64,000 nucleotides of DNA. It comes from an uncultured Desulfospira sp. GTDB lineage: Bacteria > Desulfobacterota > Desulfobacteria > Desulfobacterales > Desulfobacteraceae. The notes under the pieces were generated by a model. The model had not been told where the DNA came from. It made no database searches and saw only the letters and a program-made list of their open reading frames with translations. Positions 57,518 to 64,000 of the stretch are shown here, in pieces. Numbering within the stretch: the stretch's first letter is position 1; every line of letters starts with the position of its first letter. The stretch spans positions 1,152,001 to 1,216,000 of the forward strand of contig OY760175.1 of the NCBI GenBank assembly GCA_963663165.1. The letters are read 5' to 3'. Made by a program: the position numbers and the translations under genes.

Positions 57518-58480
57518 ATGCATCGCCTAACTTTAATAAAAATAGGTTTTTTCTCGGTAATCGGGCTTTCAGGTGTATTTCTATTATTGCCGGTATTAGA
57601 CTTGAGTAAACAAAAAACTGATACCGGCCGTTATTCCATCCCAAGGCAGGTCCGCTATTCTTTTACCCTAAAAAACACCTTTGGCAAATTAATCCAAAAC
57701 GCAGATCTTTGGGCTTATGGACCGGTAAAACAGACCCCTGCTCAAAAATGCATCAGTATTAAAGCGTCTCATCCCTATAAACTGATTGAAGACGAGTCAG
57801 GCAATCAGATTCTTCATTTTGTTTTAGAAAAATTGCCCCCCTATGCTAACCGGACCATTTCCATTGAGGCGGACTTAATGATGGCAGATTCGCCGAATCC
57901 CACCGGGCCTGAGAACTTACAACCCTTTATAAATCCCTCAAAATTTATTGAATGTGATGATGCAAAGGTTATAGAGTTGGCCGAAACACTCAAATCAACC
58001 AGTCCTGAAAAGACAACCGAAAACATATATCATTGGGTATCAAATCATATAACTTATACCGGTTTTTCAGGAAAAGACCGGGGAGCGCTTTATGCCCTTA
58101 AAAATAAAAAAGGGGATTGCACTGAATATACCTACCTGTATGCAGCCTTGTGCCGGGCCAATGCTATCCCGGTCCGGTGTGTCGGTGGATATATCTGCAC
58201 ACAAAATGAAATATTAAGTCCCGCTGGGTACCACAACTGGGCTGAAATTTTTGACAACAGCACCTGGCAACCCGTGGATCCCCAAAGACAGATGTTCAGG
58301 AAAAACGCTTCCTGGTTTGTTGCCATGCGGATTTTTGGAAATGATACAACAAATCCCATGGGAGAATACCACCGTTTTCGGTTCAAAGGAGACGGCCTGA
58401 AAGTGAAAATGGCAGGGACCCAACGCTGGAAAAAAAGCAATCCCCTGAAAAACGAAAAAAAATCCCCCATCTGTTCCTGA
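57518..58480 (+). CDS. Transglutaminase-like (Cys-His-Asp) protein with N-terminal membrane anchor
   Basis: GDCTEY, LCRANAIPVR, YHNWAE, WQPVDP. Confidence 0.88.
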   Translation: MHRLTLIKIGFFSVIGLSGVFLLLPVLDLSKQKTDTGRYSIPRQVRYSFTLKNTFGKLIQNADLWAYGPVKQTPAQKCISIKASHPYKLIEDESGNQILHFVLEKLPPYANRTISIEADLMMADSPNPTGPENLQPFINPSKFIECDDAKVIELAETLKSTSPEKTTENIYHWVSNHITYTGFSGKDRGALYALKNKKGDCTEYTYLYAALCRANAIPVRCVGGYICTQNEILSPAGYHNWAEIFDNSTWQPVDPQRQMFRKNASWFVAMRIFGNDTTNPMGEYHRFRFKGDGLKVKMAGTQRWKKSNPLKNEKKSPICS

Positions 58481-58507
58481 AAAATTATTGGGAATAAGGA
58501 GATAAAT

Positions 58508-61500
58508 ATGTGTTTCACAGGCCCTGCCGGAAATAATCATCATCAATCAATTACCATAAATAAAAAATTAAACCGGATATTTAGTCTATTGGTTATCGCA
58601 GCAACAGCTGTTTTATTGTCCTTTTCCAATGCAGGTGCTGTTTCAGGTGTATTGAACTCTGATGAGACCTGGACCGGCAACGTCATAGTTACTGGAGATA
58701 TAACGGTTGGGGAAGGCGTTACGCTTACCATTGCTCCCGGGACCGTGGTTAAATTCAAAGCACATGCCGATGATACGGCCGACGGGAATGATGCGTCGAT
58801 ATCTGAATTAATTGTTAAAGGTTCCCTGATAGCAAACGGCACTGAAGATAGTCCTATTCTGTTCACTTCGGATGCATCAATCGGTTCAGCAGGGGACTGG
58901 GGCGGAATATATGGAAAATGGAACCAGGCCGGTGAGAATATTTTTCAATTTCAGCATTGTGAAATTGGATACTCCACCGTTGGTGTGAGTTTTGAATACA
59001 CTCAAGGCATAAATGAACTTATTATTAACGGCTGCAGTATTCATGATCAAACTTATGACGCAGTTCGGACCTATTATTCTGAGGAGTTCAAAGGCGGCAC
59101 CGTTATTAACACTCAGCTTGAAATATCAGTAGATAATAACAAAATAAAAAATGCAGGCGGGTACGGGATATGGACCAATGACTACGCGGGTCTTTCAAAG
59201 ATAACAGGTAATACGATTCAAAATGCGGGTAATGCCGGCATTTACGTTGAAGCGAATACCGCTCTCGAAACGGATAATTCTCTTGATATAAGTGGCAATA
59301 TTATTTCGTTAACCAATTATTTTGGTATATGCATAAAAGGTCTGAACAATCTTCTGTTCATACAGATAAACAACAATGAACTGTATAATATAACAGGCAC
59401 ACAAAATCACCATGCCGGCATTTATTTTCAAGATTATTCCGGCCTGAATAACAAGACTGTTCGAATTACCGGAAACCAGGTTCATGACAATACCGGTGCC
59501 TGTGGAATATTCATATGGGGTTCCGGATCGAATACTGATGTCAGTATTGCCTTGAACAAAATTTACGGTAACGGCCTGGAGGGGATCTACTACACAGCCA
59601 GCAGCAGCGAGACGGCTGTAATCTTGTACAACGACATCCACAACAACGGTTCAGACGGTTTGTTCATTAATTCTGAAGCGGATGCTGTGGTTAACTTTAA
59701 TAACATTACAGATAACGGGGATGCCGGTTATGCTGTCCGCAATAACAGCACCAATACGGTTGACGCCCGGTTTAACTGGTGGGGAGCTTTGGTAACCCAA
59801 GAGATCAATGCAGGTGGCAACCCCAAGAATATCACCAGAATCTATGATACATATGATGAACGTTCCAAGGGCAAGGTAGACTACTCGGGCTGGCTGAGTC
59901 AGGCGGTGATACAGCCCACAGAGCTGGTTTCTAAGATTACATCCCCCATGGATAATGACCGGGTAAAGGCCACCGAACTGGTTATTCTGGGAGTCGCAGT
60001 TGCATCGGCCGGCGTGAAACAGGTGGAAATCAACCTGAATGACGGCACCGGCTGGCACGGGGCAAGCGGAACCGAAAACTGGTCTTACTCCTGGAGCGAT
60101 CCCGGCGACGGGACTTATACATTATTGACCCGTGTGACCGACAACCAGGGCATTGTGGAAACACCCGGGACAGGTGTGGTCGTAATCATAGACAGTACTC
60201 TTCCCACCACATCCGGCACCCTTACCACAGATGAAATCTGGTCCGGCACTATAACGCTGACAGGGGATGTAACCATACCTGACGGCGTGACCCTGACCAT
60301 TCAGCCCGGCACCACGGTTCAATGTGCCGCACTGAGTGACGATCAGGCTGGCGGCAGCGATACCTCCCGCATAGAAATCCTGGTAAACGGCAGTTTAAAC
60401 GTCCCGGGGATTGAGGGGTCTCCCATTGTGTTTACCTCGGATTCAGGCAATCCGACGTCAGGAGACTGGGCCGGAATCCGCCTGGCGTCTGAATCCGGCA
60501 ATCCAAATTTTACCATGAGCTATTGCACGGTAAGCTATTGCACAACGGCGATATATTATGAAAGCAGCGGGGATTCAGCAACCGTTGAAATAACCGGCAG
60601 CAAATTTGAGCACCTCTCCGGTAACGGACTGCACTTTTACGGAAACAGCAGCACCAACCTGGAAATTTTCGTGAATAATAATACGATAGCAGATGCCGGT
60701 GGCTACGGGATACAGTCCAACGATTATGGAAGCAATTCAAAGATAACGGGCAATACAATTCAAAATACGGGCAATGCCGGCATTTATATTCAGGAGAATA
60801 TCAGTCCGGAAACTGAAAGCAGACTTGAGATAAGCGGCAACACTATTTCGTATGCTATGGATCACGGTATGTACATAAAAACCCTTGCCAACGCCAGGTA
60901 TATACAAATTAAAAATAATGAAGTGTCTGATATAACCGGTACAGCATATAATCGTGCCGGCATTTATTTGTATGATAGTTTTGACAGCAGCAAAGTGATT
61001 AGTGTCAACGGGAACCAAGTGCATGACAATACCGATGCCTGTGGAATATTTATCATGAGTCATGGTTCGAGTACTGATGTCGATATTGCCCTAAACGAAA
61101 TATACGGCAATAGTATGGAGGGGATTGTCTGGGGAACAGTCTCCAGTAGCGAACCAGCGGAGATCTTTTACAATGATGTTCATGACAACGGTTGGGACGG
61201 TTTGTTTATATATTCCAAAGGCGGTGCGATTGTTAACTATAACAACTTCACCGGTAATGGTGCCGGGTGTTATGCTGTCCAAAATGATGGCGGTATCCCT
61301 GTTGATGCCAGGTTCAACTGGTGGGGGGCCGTAGTAACCGAAGAAATTAAAACTGGCGGCAATCCCAAAGACATAAGCCGGATTTATGATACATATGATG
61401 ATAGCTCCAGAGGCACGGTAGACTATTCGGGATGGATGGACGAAGCCATAATTACCCCTACTGAGCCCTTTTCCTGGATCATATCTCCCCAAAACGATTC

Positions 61501-64000
61501 ACAGCTAAAAGATTTTCAGCAGGTTATTCGAGGGAAAGCCGTTTCATCGGCTAACATTTTGCGGGTTGAGGTGAGTACCGACAACGGTATCACCTGGCAG
61601 GAAGCCCAGGGTACGAAAACCTGGTCCTACAATTGGACCGCTCCCGGGGATGGGGTCTATTCTCTTTATTCAAGGATGATTGACCAAAACAACGTTATCA
61701 GTACGCCGGCTGAGGTTGTGACCATCACCATAGACATCTCCCAGCCCACCACATCCGGTACCCTTACTGAAAACGAGACCTGGACCGGAGCAGTTATGCT
61801 GACCGGAGATGTGACTGTACCTGAAGGCATGACCCTGACCATACAACCCGGAACAATAATTCAATGTGCGGCGCAAACCGATGATCAGGCCGCAGGCCGC
61901 AATGCCTCCAGGATAGAATTCCTGGCCTATGGTTCCCTGGTTGCACAGGGAACGGCTGATGAACCAATTGTTTTCACTTCCGGAGCCGGGCCGGATGCCT
62001 CTCCAGGGGACTGGGAAGGCATTTATACTACAGACGAACTATCACTGGAATATGTAACCATAGCGTATGCTCAAACTGGCATTGAAGTGTTTATTGAAGA
62101 AAGCGGAAACATTTTTTCTTTTAAAAACGGAATAATTCAATATAGTGCGGAAGACGGTATTTATATTTACCGCGAAGGAGATGGAATAGCTGCTGTCAAA
62201 ATTGAAAGAAACCTAATATCAGACAACGGCCGGCATGGTATTTATACACATGTTCTTTCAGGGACTACCTCCCTGGACCTTTCAATCACTTTCAACGAAA
62301 TCGGAGACAACAGTGACACAGGAATTAACATCAATATAGGCGGCAGCCCCTCGGCCATTATAGCCTTGGTTGAAGGTAATCATCTTTATGGGAATACCGA
62401 GCACGGCCTTTCTTTTGGATTCAACTCTACAAACGGCGCGTCTGATATTAATGTGTTGAACAATGTTGTGGAAGAGAACAATACTGGCATTGATATATTC
62501 TTTTATTATGCGGATTCCAATTACTTGTTTAAAGTGGTAGGCAATGATGTCCAGTCCAACCAGACCGGTATCAGCCTGAAAAGTCATCACACAACAGTTT
62601 CACCGCAGATTGCATCCAATCGGGTATCAAGAAATTTAAAAAATGGAATTGAATGCATTTTTAGCGGTATAGAAAGCTACACTTTCCTGCCACAGCTTTC
62701 CGACAACGTGGTAACCCATAACAGTGGCAACGGGATTCATCTGAACCTTGCGCACGCTGTCAGTCTTGCCGGCAATACCATTTACGGGAATAACACCTAT
62801 GACCTTTATAATGACAGTGCCGTGGATATTGATGCAAAGGGCAACGGGTGGGGCACTGCCACCACCAATGAGATCAACCAGGGCGGTAACCCCAAAGACC
62901 TTAAAATGATCTACGATTTCCATGACGATGATGCAAAAGGAACCGTGGACTATGCGGACTGGATCGAAAGCGATTCGATCCCTGATCCCCCGACCCTTAA
63001 TCCCGTATCGTCGCCTACCACAGGAGATGACCTGGGCGGTGGCGTTCTGGGGCAGTTGATCTCAGGAACCAAAGGCGATCAAACGGCAGTGCTGTGCAAC
63101 AATGAAGTGATCGTACCCCTGGACGGCACCACAACCTGGTCTTATCCCCTGCCCCTTAATGAAGGGGTGAATTCTTTAACTTTTCAATGCATGAATTCCG
63201 ATCAGGAAGCCGGTACCAGTATCAGTGAAATCATTCAGATGGATTCAACACCTCCCCAGGTCCAATCCAGTTCTCCGGAGAATGGATCATCAGTAGATGC
63301 GGATGTGAGCCGGGTCGAAATTGTCTTAAACGAGACCGGTGTCGGGATAGATGAAACCGAAACCCTGGACAGCGCTGCCATAACAGACGAAACAGGCAAG
63401 AGCATTGAGGGCCAATGGTCGATAACCGGAAATCAGCTTTCTTTCACGCCGGAATCCCCCATGGGAGAGGGCGGTTATATGATTTCCCTTACACCGGCGG
63501 ATACTCTTGGAAATGCTCAACCGGTACAGATAGCCTTTTCAATTGTTCCAACAGATACCGTGGCACCTGAAGATGTAACAAACCTGGCCGTCCAGTGCGG
63601 CCAAACCCAGCTTATATTCACCTGGACGGCCCCGGCCGATTCCGACGGTGACTTTGCAGGCTACACCATCTATTTTAATGGGGATGCTGTTGGGCAATCT
63701 CTGGAGAAGACCCAAAACAGCTATACGGCTAACGGTCTTTCAGCAGCCGACCGGTACAATTTCACCATTAAGACCCGGGACAACGACGGCAACTTAAGCA
63801 ACGGTATCTCCCTGGACGGAGTCACCCTGCTGCCCAATCCGTCCGGTATTACCGCTACTGCCAACAGTCAATACGCAAGCGTTTCCTGGAATCCGGTTTC
63901 ACCGGCCGGCCTGGTGAAGCATTACGCCGTATATGTAAAAAATGCGGATTATGCTTCAGTGGGAGGACTGGCCCCGGAAATGACCACCACCGGCACCTCT
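58508..64000 (+). CDS. Giant secreted right-handed beta-helix/Ig/FN3 repeat protein, at least 1831 aa, runs off the window (absent from the ORF track)
   Basis: aaggag RBS, ATG 58508, signal-like IFSLLVIAATAVLLSFSNAGA; three ~520-aa modules starting SG.L..[D/N]E.W.G...TGD.T...G.TLTI.PG; frame consistent at sampled points up to the window end. Confidence 0.85.
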   Translation, partial: MCFTGPAGNNHHQSITINKKLNRIFSLLVIAATAVLLSFSNAGAVSGVLNSDETWTGNVIVTGDITVGEGVTLTIAPGTVVKFKAHADDTADGNDASISELIVKGSLIANGTEDSPILFTSDASIGSAGDWGGIYGKWNQAGENIFQFQHCEIGYSTVGVSFEYTQGINELIINGCSIHDQTYDAVRTYYSEEFKGGTVINTQLEISVDNNKIKNAGGYGIWTNDYAGLSKITGNTIQNAGNAGIYVEANTALETDNSLDISGNIISLTNYFGICIKGLNNLLFIQINNNELYNITGTQNHHAGIYFQDYSGLNNKTVRITGNQVHDNTGACGIFIWGSGSNTDVSIALNKIYGNGLEGIYYTASSSETAVILYNDIHNNGSDGLFINSEADAVVNFNNITDNGDAGYAVRNNSTNTVDARFNWWGALVTQEINAGGNPKNITRIYDTYDERSKGKVDYSGWLSQAVIQPTELVSKITSPMDNDRVKATELVILGVAVASAGVKQVEINLNDGTGWHGASGTENWSYSWSDPGDGTYTLLTRVTDNQGIVETPGTGVVVIIDSTLPTTSGTLTTDEIWSGTITLTGDVTIPDGVTLTIQPGTTVQCAALSDDQAGGSDTSRIEILVNGSLNVPGIEGSPIVFTSDSGNPTSGDWAGIRLASESGNPNFTMSYCTVSYCTTAIYYESSGDSATVEITGSKFEHLSGNGLHFYGNSSTNLEIFVNNNTIADAGGYGIQSNDYGSNSKITGNTIQNTGNAGIYIQENISPETESRLEISGNTISYAMDHGMYIKTLANARYIQIKNNEVSDITGTAYNRAGIYLYDSFDSSKVISVNGNQVHDNTDACGIFIMSHGSSTDVDIALNEIYGNSMEGIVWGTVSSSEPAEIFYNDVHDNGWDGLFIYSKGGAIVNYNNFTGNGAGCYAVQNDGGIPVDARFNWWGAVVTEEIKTGGNPKDISRIYDTYDDSSRGTVDYSGWMDEAIITPTEPFSWIISPQNDSQLKDFQQVIRGKAVSSANILRVEVSTDNGITWQEAQGTKTWSYNWTAPGDGVYSLYSRMIDQNNVISTPAEVVTITIDISQPTTSGTLTENETWTGAVMLTGDVTVPEGMTLTIQPGTIIQCAAQTDDQAAGRNASRIEFLAYGSLVAQGTADEPIVFTSGAGPDASPGDWEGIYTTDELSLEYVTIAYAQTGIEVFIEESGNIFSFKNGIIQYSAEDGIYIYREGDGIAAVKIERNLISDNGRHGIYTHVLSGTTSLDLSITFNEIGDNSDTGININIGGSPSAIIALVEGNHLYGNTEHGLSFGFNSTNGASDINVLNNVVEENNTGIDIFFYYADSNYLFKVVGNDVQSNQTGISLKSHHTTVSPQIASNRVSRNLKNGIECIFSGIESYTFLPQLSDNVVTHNSGNGIHLNLAHAVSLAGNTIYGNNTYDLYNDSAVDIDAKGNGWGTATTNEINQGGNPKDLKMIYDFHDDDAKGTVDYADWIESDSIPDPPTLNPVSSPTTGDDLGGGVLGQLISGTKGDQTAVLCNNEVIVPLDGTTTWSYPLPLNEGVNSLTFQCMNSDQEAGTSISEIIQMDSTPPQVQSSSPENGSSVDADVSRVEIVLNETGVGIDETETLDSAAITDETGKSIEGQWSITGNQLSFTPESPMGEGGYMISLTPADTLGNAQPVQIAFSIVPTDTVAPEDVTNLAVQCGQTQLIFTWTAPADSDGDFAGYTIYFNGDAVGQSLEKTQNSYTANGLSAADRYNFTIKTRDNDGNLSNGISLDGVTLLPNPSGITATANSQYASVSWNPVSPAGLVKHYAVYVKNADYASVGGLAPEMTTTGTS

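Overview
64-kb bacterial chromosomal window. Gene content suggests a sulfate-reducing deltaproteobacterium of the Desulfobacteraceae type (inference). Ordinary housekeeping and transport genes include a TRAP transporter, an AEC permease, MarR-linked units, an ABC exporter pair, a DASS permease, trkAH and murA. Four accessory zones alternate with these. (1) 7-11 kb: a decayed defence-like patch with an internally deleted RhuM gene and an HNH nuclease gene split by an antisense class IIC group II intron. (2) 27-39.5 kb: an island between trkH and murA, bracketed by a 100-bp duplicated piece of trkH. It encodes two glycosyltransferases colinear with the eukaryotic N-glycan mannosyltransferases ALG2 and ALG11, a PglK/MsbA-like ABC transporter, a third GT4, a DsbA-like oxidoreductase and a 1738-aa secreted protein of 27 six-cysteine modules with repeated N-X-S/T sequons. 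This is the most notable candidate new system. (3) 44-49 kb: nested IS/MITE/toxin-antitoxin/KilA-N/RHS debris. (4) 49-64 kb: a locus with a predicted sigma-54 promoter, encoding two giant secreted repeat proteins flanking a transglutaminase-like gene preceded by a G18 tract. No rRNA, tRNA or CRISPR array was seen. Family assignments come from recognising motifs by eye; no searches were run.
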